A stretch of 64,000 nt of DNA from a bacterium (GTDB taxonomy: Bacteria; Bacteroidota; Bacteroidia; Bacteroidales; Muribaculaceae), in NCBI GenBank assembly GCA_963601185.1, contig CAVCEE010000012.1:8436-72435 (forward strand). Reading direction: 5' to 3'. Below, in pieces: positions 18,058-27,075 of the stretch. The position numbers and the translations under genes were made by a program. The stretch's first letter is position 1. Every line of letters begins with the position of its first letter. The notes under the pieces are model-generated. The model did not search any database, was not told where the DNA came from, and saw nothing but the letters and a program-made list of their open reading frames with translations.

Positions 18058-19524
18058 ATGGAAGAGAACAAGAAGCCGAAAAGAAGAAGAATCGGTGAAT
18101 CTCAGGAAATGGGTGCTGAAAACGGGCACTTTGAAAAAGTTACTTACAGTCCGAAAGCGGCATTCGTGTCGAGCGATGCCACTCCGGCTCAGTCAACGTC
18201 GGACGACAATGGTAGCGATGCGACCGCACGTCAGGATTACCACAAACCAAGTTACAATTCAGGCAACTACAACAACTACGACAACAATTATCGCCAGGGC
18301 GGCTACAACAATCGCCAAGGTGGCTATAATAATCGTCAAGGTGGCTACAATAACAATCGTCAGGGCGGTTATAACAACCGTCAAGGCGGCTACAACAACA
18401 ACCGTCAGGGCGGCTACAACAACCGCCAAGGTGGCTACAACAACTACAATAACCAGCAGGAGGGCGGCTATCAGCAGGGTGGCTACAACAACCGCGGTTA
18501 TCAGCAGGAAGGTGGTTACCAGCAAGAGGGCGGTTACAACAACAACCGCCAAGGTGGCTACAACAACAATCGTCAGGGTGGCTACAATAATAATCGTCAA
18601 GGCGGCTATAACAACAACCGTCAAGGCGGCTATAACAACAACCGTCAGGGCGGCTACAACAACAACCGTCAGGGTGGCTACAATAACAACAATCGCCAAG
18701 GCGGCTACAACAACCGTCCGGGCGCAAGTTTCAACCGTCAAGGCGGACAACGCTTCACTCCGCGTCCAAAGCAGATTATCTACGACGTACCTGAGGTTGA
18801 TCCGAACGAAGAAGTACGCTTGAACAAGTTTATGGCGAATGCCGGTATCTGCTCGCGCCGCGAGGCTGACGAACTGATACAGCAGGGTCTCGTAAAGGTC
18901 AACGGCAATGCGGTGACCGAACTCGGAACAAAGATCAAGCACGATGATGTGGTTGAATACAACGACAAGGTGGTTACACTCGAAAACAAGTGTTACATCC
19001 TTCTCAACAAGCCGAAGGACTGCGTGACTACGAGCGATGACCCAGACGGACGTCTTACCGTTATGGACATCGTGAAGAATGCCTGCAAGGAGCGTATTTA
19101 TCCTGTAGGTCGTCTGGACCGCAACACGACTGGTGTGCTCTTGCTCACCAACGACGGTGACCTCGCTTCAAAACTTACTCACCCTAAGTTCGTGAAGAAA
19201 AAAATCTATCAGGTGTGGACCGACAAGGACATCGCAGAGGACGATATGCAGCAACTTGCTGACGGCATCGAACTCGACGACGGACCAATCCACGCTGACG
19301 CCATCAGTTATGTCAACGACCACGACAAAAACCAGGCTGGCATCGAAATCCACTCAGGACGTAACCGTATCGTGCGCCGTATGTTTGAGTCGTTGGGCTA
19401 TCGCGTGACTAAACTCGATCGCGTGTACTTCGCAGGTCTCACCAAGAAGAACTTGCCTCGCGGCCGCTGGCGTTACCTCACTCAGGAGGAAGTGAACTTC
19501 CTGAAACAGGGCTCTTTTGAATAA
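18058..19524 (+). CDS. rluB: RluB-type (RsuA family) pseudouridine synthase with a long N-terminal G/Y/N/Q/R repeat domain
   Basis: 488 aa. S4 domain VRLNKFMANAGICSRREADELI and catalytic motif GRLDRNTTGVLLLTNDGDL in the C-terminal 250 aa. Residues ~61-230 are low-complexity repeats. Confidence 0.8.
   Translation: MEENKKPKRRRIGESQEMGAENGHFEKVTYSPKAAFVSSDATPAQSTSDDNGSDATARQDYHKPSYNSGNYNNYDNNYRQGGYNNRQGGYNNRQGGYNNNRQGGYNNRQGGYNNNRQGGYNNRQGGYNNYNNQQEGGYQQGGYNNRGYQQEGGYQQEGGYNNNRQGGYNNNRQGGYNNNRQGGYNNNRQGGYNNNRQGGYNNNRQGGYNNNNRQGGYNNRPGASFNRQGGQRFTPRPKQIIYDVPEVDPNEEVRLNKFMANAGICSRREADELIQQGLVKVNGNAVTELGTKIKHDDVVEYNDKVVTLENKCYILLNKPKDCVTTSDDPDGRLTVMDIVKNACKERIYPVGRLDRNTTGVLLLTNDGDLASKLTHPKFVKKKIYQVWTDKDIAEDDMQQLADGIELDDGPIHADAISYVNDHDKNQAGIEIHSGRNRIVRRMFESLGYRVTKLDRVYFAGLTKKNLPRGRWRYLTQEEVNFLKQGSFE
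18238..18750 (+). repeat. in-frame tandem oligopeptide repeat (RQGGYN2-4 units, 24-27 nt period)
   Basis: 14 RQGGYNN(N) units flank a central (E)GGYQQ block. The nucleotide units differ by synonymous changes. All frames on both strands are open here. Confidence 0.9.
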
Positions 19525-19558
19525 CAGTTATTGGAAACGCTGATAATAAAAACAGAAA

Positions 19559-20947
19559 ATGAAACGTACAAAAATATCAGAAATCTGGGCTCCTGAACTG
19601 ATAGGAACCGACGTATGCGTAAAAGGCTGGGTGCGTACCCGCCGTGGCAACAAGCACGTGCAGTTTGTTGCGCTCAACGACGGTTCTACTATCAAGAACC
19701 TTCAGATTGTCTTCGACATGGAGAAGTTCTCCGACGAGCAGTTGAAACCTATCACGACCGGTGCAAGCATCCACGTTGAGGGAAAATTGGTCGAGTCGCA
19801 GGGCAAAGGCCAGGCAGCGGAAGTTCAGGCAGAAACACTCGAAATCTACGGCACTGCCGATCCTGAAACATATCCTTTGCAGAAGAAGGGTCACACGTTG
19901 GAATTCCTTCGTGAAAAGGCTCACCTCCGTCCGCGCACCAACACATTCGGTGCTGTGCTCCGCATCCGCCACACGTTGGCTTATGCTATCCACAAATTCT
20001 TCAACGACAGAGGTTTCTTCTATCTCAACACTCCGCTCATCACTTCGAGCGACTGTGAGGGTGCCGGTGCGATGTTCCAGGTGACTACGCTCAACCTCAA
20101 CGACCTCCCTAAGGGCGAGGACGGAAAGGTGGACTACTCCAACGATTTCTTTGGCAAGCCGGCGAGCCTTACCGTTTCCGGACAACTTGAAGGCGAACTT
20201 GGAGCAACGGCTCTCGGTGCAATCTACACGTTCGGCCCTACTTTCCGTGCTGAAAATTCCAACACTCCACGCCATTTGTCGGAGTTTTGGATGATTGAGC
20301 CTGAGGTCGCTTTCAACGACATCAACGACAATATGGAACTGGCAGAGGACTTCATCAAGTACTGCGTGAACTACGCTCTTGAGAATGCTGCCGACGACAT
20401 CGAGTTCCTTGCCAAGATGTACGACGAAGACCTTGTTGAGCGACTCAAATCGGTTGTCAACACTGAGTTCGTGCGCCTCACCTACACTGAGGGCGTGAAA
20501 ATCCTCGAGGAGTCGGGTCACAAATTTGAATTCCCTGTTTATTGGGGTGCTGACCTCCAGAGCGAGCACGAGCGTTTCCTCGTTGAGGAGCATTTCAAGA
20601 AGCCGGTTATCCTTACCGACTATCCGAAGGAGATTAAGGCATTCTATATGAAGCAGAATGAAGACGGTAAGACCGTGCGCGCTATGGATGTGCTTTTCCC
20701 GAAAATCGGCGAGATTATCGGCGGATCGGAGCGAGAGGAAAGTTACGAGAAACTCAACCAGCGCATCGAAGAACTCGGTATTCCGATGAAGGATATGTGG
20801 TGGTATCTCGACACACGTCGCTTCGGCACTGTGCCTCACTCAGGTTTCGGACTCGGCTTCGAGCGCCTTGTGCTGTTTGTAACGGGTATGACTAACATCC
20901 GTGACGTCATTGCGTTCCCACGCACACCGGGCAACTGCGAATTCTAA
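19559..20947 (+). CDS. asnS: asparagine--tRNA ligase
   Basis: 462 aa. Class IIb OB-fold N-domain. Motifs [21 protein letters not shown] and [10 protein letters not shown]. Confidence 0.9.
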   Translation: MKRTKISEIWAPELIGTDVCVKGWVRTRRGNKHVQFVALNDGSTIKNLQIVFDMEKFSDEQLKPITTGASIHVEGKLVESQGKGQAAEVQAETLEIYGTADPETYPLQKKGHTLEFLREKAHLRPRTNTFGAVLRIRHTLAYAIHKFFNDRGFFYLNTPLITSSDCEGAGAMFQVTTLNLNDLPKGEDGKVDYSNDFFGKPASLTVSGQLEGELGATALGAIYTFGPTFRAENSNTPRHLSEFWMIEPEVAFNDINDNMELAEDFIKYCVNYALENAADDIEFLAKMYDEDLVERLKSVVNTEFVRLTYTEGVKILEESGHKFEFPVYWGADLQSEHERFLVEEHFKKPVILTDYPKEIKAFYMKQNEDGKTVRAMDVLFPKIGEIIGGSEREESYEKLNQRIEELGIPMKDMWWYLDTRRFGTVPHSGFGLGFERLVLFVTGMTNIRDVIAFPRTPGNCEF

Positions 20948-20967
20948 AAAACAAGTATAAACTATGC

Positions 20968-21015
20968 AACAGGACCTATTCACTGGCGAGAGCCTCGGAT
21001 TGGTCCTGTTTTGCC
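20968..21015 (+). terminator. stem-loop after asnS
   Basis: aacaggacc ... ggtcctgtt forms a 9-bp stem with a large structured loop, followed by ttgcc. Weaker than the other terminators. Confidence 0.4.
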
Positions 21016-21033
21016 TTAAAACAAAAAACACAA

Positions 21034-21468
21034 ATGGGTAAATCTAAATTTCTTCAAGACTTCAAGGCTTTTGCTATGCGTGGCAATGTAGTCGACATGG
21101 CTGTCGGTGTGATCATCGGCGGTGCTTTCGGTAAAATCATCTCGTCGGTCGTTGCCGACATCATTATGCCTCCGCTTGGACTCATCATTGGTGGCGTTAA
21201 CTTCACTGACCTTAAGTGGGAGATGAAAGCGGCTGCCGACGGTCAGGAAGCCGTGACGCTAAACTATGGCAACTTCCTTCAGACGGCATTCGACTTCATA
21301 ATCATCGCATTCAGCATCTTCCTTTTCATCAAACTCATATCCAAGTTGGCGCATAAGAAAGAGGAAGAGCCTGCTCCAGAGCCGGCACCGGAACCAAGCA
21401 AGGAAGAAGTGTTGCTCACTGAAATCCGCGACCTGCTCAAACAGCAGAACGAGAAAAGCGGCAAATAG
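21034..21468 (+). CDS. mscL: large-conductance mechanosensitive channel
   Basis: 144 aa. [40 protein letters not shown] is the canonical MscL TM1 region. Confidence 0.9.
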   Translation: MGKSKFLQDFKAFAMRGNVVDMAVGVIIGGAFGKIISSVVADIIMPPLGLIIGGVNFTDLKWEMKAAADGQEAVTLNYGNFLQTAFDFIIIAFSIFLFIKLISKLAHKKEEEPAPEPAPEPSKEEVLLTEIRDLLKQQNEKSGK

Positions 21469-21525
21469 CGAAAAAAACATTTGAAAAAAATAGGCCAAAA
21501 GTGTTGCGAAATCGAGAAAAGTAAG

Positions 21526-21533
21526 TAACTTTG
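21526..21533 (+). promoter_or_regulatory. -7 promoter box TAACTTTG (tRNA-Pro)
   Basis: TAnnTTTG match 18 nt upstream of the tRNA 5' end. Confidence 0.5.
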
Positions 21534-21550
21534 CATTCGATTTACGGAAT

Positions 21551-21624
21551 CGGGGTGTAGCACAGTTGGCTAGCGCGCCACGTTCGGGACGTGGAGGTCG
21601 GAAGTTCGAGTCTTCTCACCCCGA
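21551..21624 (+). tRNA. tRNA-Pro (anticodon CGG)
   Basis: cggggtg...caccccga acceptor stem. Anticodon arm ccacg-ttCGGga-cgtgg. T-loop gttcgagtc. Confidence 0.9.
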
Positions 21625-21628
21625 CAAA

Positions 21629-21676
21629 ATGAGGCTTAAAAGATTGTACGGCAATCGTTTGAGCCTCATTTTTTTT
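21629..21676 (+). terminator. intrinsic terminator after tRNA-Pro
   Basis: atgaggct ... agcctcat stem, followed by a T8 run. Confidence 0.6.
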
Positions 21677-21914
21677 GATTTGCACTGATTCGGAATTCTA
21701 AGATTCCAAATGGGGTTCAGACGAGAATTGTTCGTGCGTCGGTATTTTAACACTTGGGATGTTGCGCAATTCTCGGATTTTGTTTAATTTCGCAAGCGAA
21801 CAAGGCAAATTCTTAATTTATTTTTGTATCAATAATTTAAAAATTGCAAAGAGGGTACGACAAGAAATGTCGAAAGGGAAATTTTAGCAAATAATTGAAT
21901 TGAATCATAACCGG

Positions 21915-23837
21915 ATGAAATTGTTACAGAAATTTAGAAGTTGGTGTTTTTCGAGTGGAACACTTCCTTATTGGTGCATTTTGGCATACGATAGTTTCTC
22001 TGTTGTAGTGTCAGGCTTTTTTGTTTACTATTTGCAGTATGGCCTTACAAATCTGTTGGAAAACATTACCCGTGTATCATTGGGATTGGTTGTGTGTTTG
22101 GTGGTCTATATGGCTGCATTCATCGTATTCCATACATTCAAGGGGATGCTGCGCTTTTCTTCGTTTGTCGACTTGAAGCGTGTGGCATATTCCACATTCA
22201 CTGCCAGTATTGCAATCAGTGCTCTCCATCAGTTGCAGGTGCATTGCGGGCTGACGCCGTATATGGTCATTCCGCGTTTTTTGAGCGGTGTGCAGATGTT
22301 TGTCACGGCGACTATGCTTATGTGGGTGATTCGCATCTTGGCAAAGATGCTCCACGATAATTACGGTAGAGGAAATACGCCAAACGCATTTATCTACGGC
22401 TGTATGTCGGGAAGTGTGGCTTTGGCAAAAAGCATACGTTCGGAAGCGCCTTCGCCATTCCATGTGGCAGGTTTTGTGACCGACGACAAGAGCAAAGATT
22501 CAACATGGTTGTTGGGCGAGAGGGTGTTTTACGACGATGGTACTATTGTCAACACAATGCGGAGGTACAATGCAAAAGTGATGCTGGTCTCGCCGCATCA
22601 GACGGAGCGTTTCACGCATCGTACGAATCTGATTGATGCCCTTATTGCCGCCAAGATAAAGATCATGATGATGCCGATAGCGGAAGAATGGGACGGCAAG
22701 TCGGAACTGTTGCACAAACAGTTGCATGAAGTAGACATCGAGGACTTGTTGCCGCGTGACAAGATTGAGGTGGATATGGATGCCATCAAGAAGATGCTTA
22801 CGGGACGCAGGATTCTTATCACCGGTGCCGCCGGCAGTATTGGCTCGGAGATGGCACGACAGGTTGCGGCGTTTAATCCCGAAGAACTTATACTCGTGGA
22901 TCAGGCGGAGACTCCTATGCACGATGTGCGGCTTTTTATGAAACGCAACCATCGCGACTTGAAAGTGTGGACTATTGTCGGCTCTATCACGAATCAGTCG
23001 CAGATGGAAGAAATCTTCTCTTCCCACAAGCCGGAATTCGTGTTTCACGCTGCAGCCTACAAGCATGTGCCGATGATGGAGGACAATCCTGCTATGGCTA
23101 TCCAGAATAACGTGTTCGGAACGCGCGTCATCGCCGACCTCGCCGTGAAATACGGCACGAAGAAGTTTGTGATGATTTCTACGGACAAGGCGGTTAATCC
23201 CACCAACGTGATGGGATGCAGCAAGCGTATATGCGAAATCTATTGCCAGTCGCTCAACAAAGCAATTCAGGACGGCGAGGTGAAGGGAACGACACAGTTT
23301 GTTACTACGCGTTTTGGCAATGTCCTCGGTTCGAATGGCAGTGTCATACCGTTGTTTAAGCAGCAGATAAGGAGAGGCGGGCCGGTGACGGTGACACATA
23401 AGGATGTCATCCGCTTCTTTATGCTCATCCCTGAGGCGTGCCGACTCGTTCTTGAAGCCGGAACGATGGGAAAAGGCGGTGAGATTTTTGTATTTGATAT
23501 GGGCGAGCCAGTGCGTATTAGCGACCTCGCTCAACGAATGATAGACTTGTCGGGAGCGAAGAACGTGGAGATAAAGTATATTGGTCTGCGTGATGGCGAG
23601 AAACTCTATGAAGAGGTGCTCAGCGATGCCGAGCAGACGAAACCTACAGTCCATCCTAAAATCAAAGTCGCTTCTGTAAGGGAATATCCGTATGAATTGG
23701 CACTCCAGAACGAAAAAATACTCTATGACCTTTCGCTTCATTATGACGATATGGCGATAGTCAAGAAGATGAAAGACATTGTGCCGGAATACAAGAGCCG
23801 TCACTCCAAATACGAAGTGCTGGACAATAATCAGTAG
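21915..23837 (+). CDS. CapD/WbpM-like polysaccharide biosynthesis protein (membrane-anchored NDP-sugar 4,6-dehydratase/epimerase)
   Basis: About 640 aa. N-terminal TM helices, a Rossmann motif ITGAAGSIGSE, and AAAYKHVPMME (the YxxxK region). The ORF-track start at 21900 is TTG; the first ATG is at 21915. Confidence 0.8.
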   Translation: MKLLQKFRSWCFSSGTLPYWCILAYDSFSVVVSGFFVYYLQYGLTNLLENITRVSLGLVVCLVVYMAAFIVFHTFKGMLRFSSFVDLKRVAYSTFTASIAISALHQLQVHCGLTPYMVIPRFLSGVQMFVTATMLMWVIRILAKMLHDNYGRGNTPNAFIYGCMSGSVALAKSIRSEAPSPFHVAGFVTDDKSKDSTWLLGERVFYDDGTIVNTMRRYNAKVMLVSPHQTERFTHRTNLIDALIAAKIKIMMMPIAEEWDGKSELLHKQLHEVDIEDLLPRDKIEVDMDAIKKMLTGRRILITGAAGSIGSEMARQVAAFNPEELILVDQAETPMHDVRLFMKRNHRDLKVWTIVGSITNQSQMEEIFSSHKPEFVFHAAAYKHVPMMEDNPAMAIQNNVFGTRVIADLAVKYGTKKFVMISTDKAVNPTNVMGCSKRICEIYCQSLNKAIQDGEVKGTTQFVTTRFGNVLGSNGSVIPLFKQQIRRGGPVTVTHKDVIRFFMLIPEACRLVLEAGTMGKGGEIFVFDMGEPVRISDLAQRMIDLSGAKNVEIKYIGLRDGEKLYEEVLSDAEQTKPTVHPKIKVASVREYPYELALQNEKILYDLSLHYDDMAIVKKMKDIVPEYKSRHSKYEVLDNNQ

Positions 23838-23884
23838 AGCCATATCGGTATAACTGATTTTTCTCTCTGGATATTAATCCAGTC

Positions 23885-24110
23885 GAGTCCTGACATGGCG
23901 CCACCTACGACAGCGGATGTTTCTGTTGGTGATGGCGGTGCCCACTACGGGGCACAGTGCTTGATTCAATCCTTAACCACGGGCAGAACCCCGTGGTTAG
24001 CAACACGGCACTCCGACGGAGTGCACTACCACGCAGATGTTTCTATTCCCACGATTCTTCTACTGAGCCTTGAGGATTGCGTTCTTTGGATTGGTGGTGG
24101 GGGTATAACA
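23885..24110 (+). ncRNA. candidate structured RNA or structured 3' UTR (family unassigned)
   Basis: GC-rich non-coding gap with hairpins at 23938-23955, 23974-23999 (10-bp perfect stem) and 24008-24024. A direct repeat GC(G/A)GATGTTTCT(G/A)TT occurs at 23913-23927 and 24033-24047. The element ends at the terminator at 24111-24143. The strand is inferred only from the terminator position. Confidence 0.3.
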
Positions 24111-24143
24111 AAAAAAGATGTTTCGGTTGAAACATCTTTTTTT
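24111..24143. terminator. bidirectional intrinsic terminator (aaaaaagatgtttc-ggtt-gaaacatctttttt)
   Basis: Perfect palindromic stem flanked by an A-run and a T-run. It would serve both tRNA-Gln (minus) and the upstream + transcript. Confidence 0.75.
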
Positions 24144-24144
24144 G

Positions 24145-24215
24145 TTGTCCAGGAAGGACTCGAACCCTCACAGGCGGAACCAGAATCCGAAGTGCTACCA
24201 TTACACCACTGGACA
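24145..24215 (-). tRNA. tRNA-Gln (anticodon CTG)
   Basis: The reverse complement is tgtccagtggtgtaatggtagcacttcggattctggttccgcctgtgagggttcgagtccttcctggacaa. Acceptor tgtccag/ctggaca; anticodon loop ttCTGgt; T-loop ggttcgagtcc. Confidence 0.85.
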
Positions 24216-24239
24216 ATAGATTTTGTTTTTTCGGTAGTG

Positions 24240-24247
24240 CAAAGGTA
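24240..24247 (-). promoter_or_regulatory. -7 promoter box TACCTTTG (tRNA-Gln)
   Basis: The reverse complement of caaaggta matches TAnnTTTG, 25 nt upstream of the tRNA 5' end. Confidence 0.5.
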
Positions 24248-24291
24248 GTACATCTATTTCAGTTGAGCAACTTTTTGGGCAAAAAAATGAC

Positions 24292-24326
24292 AAAAAAAGA
24301 GTGTAGGTTTTGTAACCCACACTCTT
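24292..24326 (-). terminator. intrinsic terminator after the TPR gene
   Basis: Stem aagagtgtagg / cccacactctt (one mismatch), followed on the minus strand by a U-run. Confidence 0.6.
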
Positions 24327-24347
24327 TCAGAGGTCTTGGCAACCGAA

Positions 24348-26024
24348 TTATTTGTACTGGCTGTCGATAAATTTGCGGAGCGCTTCGTTTGGCTTTGCGC
24401 TGTATGCCTTTTCGTAGTATGGGCGAGCCTTTGCCATATCCTTCTCGATTACCTGAGTGTAGGTGGCGATGTAGAGGTTGCCTTCAAACTCGATGTTTGC
24501 CTTCAAGTTGCTGTCGAGGTTTGCGTCGCTCTCAGCGGCGTTGATAGCGTCTTGGTAAGTCTTTGCGCAGTCAGCGTTGTATTGAGCGCCATAGTAGCCG
24601 TTCATCAACTGAGCCTTGCGTTGGAGCACAACAGCGTAGTTGGAAGTCTTGTCAGCCTTCTCGTCGATTTGGGCAGCAACTGCGAGACCCTTCTTGAACA
24701 TCTCGTCCTTTACAGCCTGGTCTTTGCAGAATGCAGAGGCGTTGGTGTAGCGAGAGAGCAATGTGAGCAAGTTGTTGAGGTCGTAGTCCTTGCCGTATTC
24801 CTGACCGTCGATAAACTGCTGGTAAGCCTGTGCGGCCTTTACAAAGTTGTCTGGCTTGCTTGCAGATGCAGACTTTACGCAAGCGAGGCTGAGCAACTGA
24901 TAGAGGCTGAAATCCTTAGGATTGACCTTGATTGCCTTCTCGTAAGCGCCGATGGCAACAGAGTCGCGACCGAGTTTCTTGAGTACGTCGGCATAAGTCT
25001 TGTAGTCGTTGACTGTGAATGTATAAGTCTTGTCCTCCTTCATGTTGAAGAAATCCTCAGCGGCAGCAATTGCACCTTCGTAGTCCTTCTCGTTTTCGTT
25101 GTCGGCCTTGTTGAGGAAGAGCATACGCTTCATCAGGAACGGACGGTAGTTCTTTGCCAGAAGTTTGTTAGCCCATTCAGTCGATTGGTCGTACTGCTTT
25201 GCAAAGTAGAGAAGCACAGCGTAGCGCGATTCGTCGCTCTGGAAGTGGTTAGGGTTGGCAATCACCTTCTCGTACTGGTTGACAGCCATTGTCCATTGGT
25301 TGTTCTCGTAGTATTTCTCTGCGAGTTCACGCTGAGAGAGCAGAGAGTTAGGCTGCTCGTCGGCGATGGTCTTCAACTTGCTGATGGCTTCTGCCGGAGC
25401 GATGTGGAAATATGTGTTGGCATATTTCACATAAGCGATAGGGTCGGAAGTGTTGAACTGGATAGCCATTTCGTAGTAGCCGGCAGAGTTGCCGTAATCC
25501 TTTTGGTCGGCAAGCATATCGCCTTCAAACACGTAAATCGACGATTCGTTTTTGTCCTTCTTCTTTGCGTCCTTCAAGTAGGTTTGGTAGTCCTTCTTGT
25601 AGAGCACAGAGTCGGTGCTGTAGTAAGCGCGGGCGATGTCAACTTTCACCTTTGCGGCTTCCTTCTTGCCGAACTTGTCAGCCTGCTTGAAGAAATCCTT
25701 TGCAGCATTGGCGTTGTTCTCTTTCAGAGCCACAGCACCCTTACCGATGTAGTTGAATGCGTATTCGGCATTGCTTTGGATACCGAGGTCGAAATATTTT
25801 GTTGCTTGTGCTTTGTTGCCTTCGTTGAGGGCGATGTTGCCAAGGTAGTAGTATGCCACTGCCTTGTTTGTCTCGGCGTTGTTGAGAGTCTGGTCGAGCA
25901 CGATCTTTGCGTTCTCGTCCTGACCAACCTTGTAGTATTCAACACCGTCTTGGTATCCGTCGGCGAAACCTGTGAAAGTGGTTCCAGCGAGGACTGCTGT
26001 TGATAGGATTAATTTGATGTTCAT
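24348..26024 (-). CDS. tetratricopeptide-repeat protein (exported)
   Basis: 558 aa. Signal peptide MNIKLILSTAVLAGTTFTGFA. Recurrent TPR-like A..YYLG...G....A...F helices throughout. Confidence 0.8.
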   Translation of the reverse strand: MNIKLILSTAVLAGTTFTGFADGYQDGVEYYKVGQDENAKIVLDQTLNNAETNKAVAYYYLGNIALNEGNKAQATKYFDLGIQSNAEYAFNYIGKGAVALKENNANAAKDFFKQADKFGKKEAAKVKVDIARAYYSTDSVLYKKDYQTYLKDAKKKDKNESSIYVFEGDMLADQKDYGNSAGYYEMAIQFNTSDPIAYVKYANTYFHIAPAEAISKLKTIADEQPNSLLSQRELAEKYYENNQWTMAVNQYEKVIANPNHFQSDESRYAVLLYFAKQYDQSTEWANKLLAKNYRPFLMKRMLFLNKADNENEKDYEGAIAAAEDFFNMKEDKTYTFTVNDYKTYADVLKKLGRDSVAIGAYEKAIKVNPKDFSLYQLLSLACVKSASASKPDNFVKAAQAYQQFIDGQEYGKDYDLNNLLTLLSRYTNASAFCKDQAVKDEMFKKGLAVAAQIDEKADKTSNYAVVLQRKAQLMNGYYGAQYNADCAKTYQDAINAAESDANLDSNLKANIEFEGNLYIATYTQVIEKDMAKARPYYEKAYSAKPNEALRKFIDSQYK

Positions 26025-26070
26025 CTTAGTGAGTTGTTAATCTGTTTATAATTTTATAATTGTTTTTTCT

Positions 26071-27072
26071 CTAATTCTGTTGTATTGCCACTACGCGTTG
26101 CGGCGGTACGTTGGCAGGCATCACCCCGGTGTTGAGGATTACTTTCTGTCCCGGGATGCTGGTGATAAACCGGCAGAACGCGTGCTGCTTGCTGCCCGAC
26201 GGACTTGTGCACACGGCATAGATGGTGCGGAACAGCGGATAGTTGCCCGTGTAGATGTCATATTGGTACGGCTTGTAGGCGTAGGGCGAATCGTTTTTGC
26301 GGATTGGCACTACCTTGATAGCCTGACTGTAGTCGGCTTCGGTGTTTGCCGAGTACATATCGTGGTTCACCTCTGCTGCATTCTCCATTGCGTCGAGTTC
26401 GCTCTTCGAGTAGTTTGCCACGATGGCAATGTTGTTGAGGTCGCGGCTCAGCCAACTTACGCCGATGATGCCGATTGCTCCCTTGTGGGTGCGTACCATC
26501 TCAAACACGTCCTTGTTGTTCTTTTGTGCGAATACGTTCTTGCCGAACTGCTTGCCACCGGTCACGTTCTTGAGCATATAGCGCACGGTGCTTGAGTTCT
26601 GGTTGTCGAACACCACGGAGATGTCGCCCATCTTCGACGGTGAAATTTCGTTCCAGTTCTTGGTCTTGCCAGTGAGGATGTCGCTGAGTTGCTCGATAGA
26701 GAGCATCTCTACATCGTTGTCCTTATGGGTGATGATGGCAACTGCATCGACGGCAACTGGCACACAGTAGGTGTTGCGGTGGTTTGCCTCAAGATATTTG
26801 CGACGTTCGTGGGTCATATCAGTAGCGGTAATATATACGCCGCGTGTGAGTCCGGCGATGGAGTCGTCGATTGATTTCTCGTCTACATATTCCGCGTGAA
26901 TCCTTACGTCAGGGTATTTCAACTCGTAGACCTGTACTTCTTGGCGCATAATGTTTTCCACCGATTCATCGCACAGCAGTTTGAACTCGGTTTCTTTTGG
27001 CTGCTTGTCCGATTTGCCGCAAGCGGCAAGCAGACAGACAACGGCTAATAAGAAAATACCTTTGAGTTTCAT
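26071..27072 (-). CDS. PstS-like (PBP2 fold) substrate-binding lipoprotein
   Basis: 333 aa. Lipobox LLAACGK. Periplasmic-binding-protein-like sequence. A PstS-like plus TPR gene pair is a common Bacteroidota arrangement (from memory). Confidence 0.55.
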   Translation of the reverse strand: MKLKGIFLLAVVCLLAACGKSDKQPKETEFKLLCDESVENIMRQEVQVYELKYPDVRIHAEYVDEKSIDDSIAGLTRGVYITATDMTHERRKYLEANHRNTYCVPVAVDAVAIITHKDNDVEMLSIEQLSDILTGKTKNWNEISPSKMGDISVVFDNQNSSTVRYMLKNVTGGKQFGKNVFAQKNNKDVFEMVRTHKGAIGIIGVSWLSRDLNNIAIVANYSKSELDAMENAAEVNHDMYSANTEADYSQAIKVVPIRKNDSPYAYKPYQYDIYTGNYPLFRTIYAVCTSPSGSKQHAFCRFITSIPGQKVILNTGVMPANVPPQRVVAIQQN

Positions 27073-27075
27073 TGT

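Noticed and set aside
18095-18942. Three extra ORFs (242, 195 and 227 aa) across the rluB repeat, and the idea that the repeat might be a CRISPR or non-coding satellite
   Set aside because: All frames are open only because of the repeat composition. The repeat is in frame with a bona fide S4 / pseudouridine-synthase body. It has no spacer-repeat organisation and shows synonymous-site variation typical of coding sequence.
19577-20839. 420-aa minus-strand ORF inside asnS
   Set aside because: Antisense shadow of a clearly identified class II aminoacyl-tRNA synthetase.
22500-23843. 447-aa minus-strand ORF inside the CapD-like gene
   Set aside because: Antisense shadow. The sense strand has the Rossmann GxxGxxG and YxxxK motifs.
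23885-24110. Assigning the structured element to RNase P RNA, tmRNA, SRP RNA, 6S RNA or a cobalamin riboswitch
   Set aside because: The universal P4 motif GAGGAAAGUCC, a tRNA-like CCACCA 3' end, the GGAA-tetraloop SRP helix and the B12 box are all absent. The ends do not pair into a 6S-like rod. No downstream gene on either strand could be riboswitch-controlled.
23895-24253. 117-aa (+) and 75-aa (-) ORFs in the CapD / tRNA-Gln gap
   Set aside because: They traverse the hairpin-rich element, the bidirectional terminator and tRNA-Gln, and have no coding-like composition.
24336-26003. 555-aa + strand ORF almost coextensive with the TPR gene
   Set aside because: It is the codon-aligned antisense of a gene that has a clear signal peptide and TPR repeats. 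Its translation is V/L/C-rich low complexity with no recognisable motifs.
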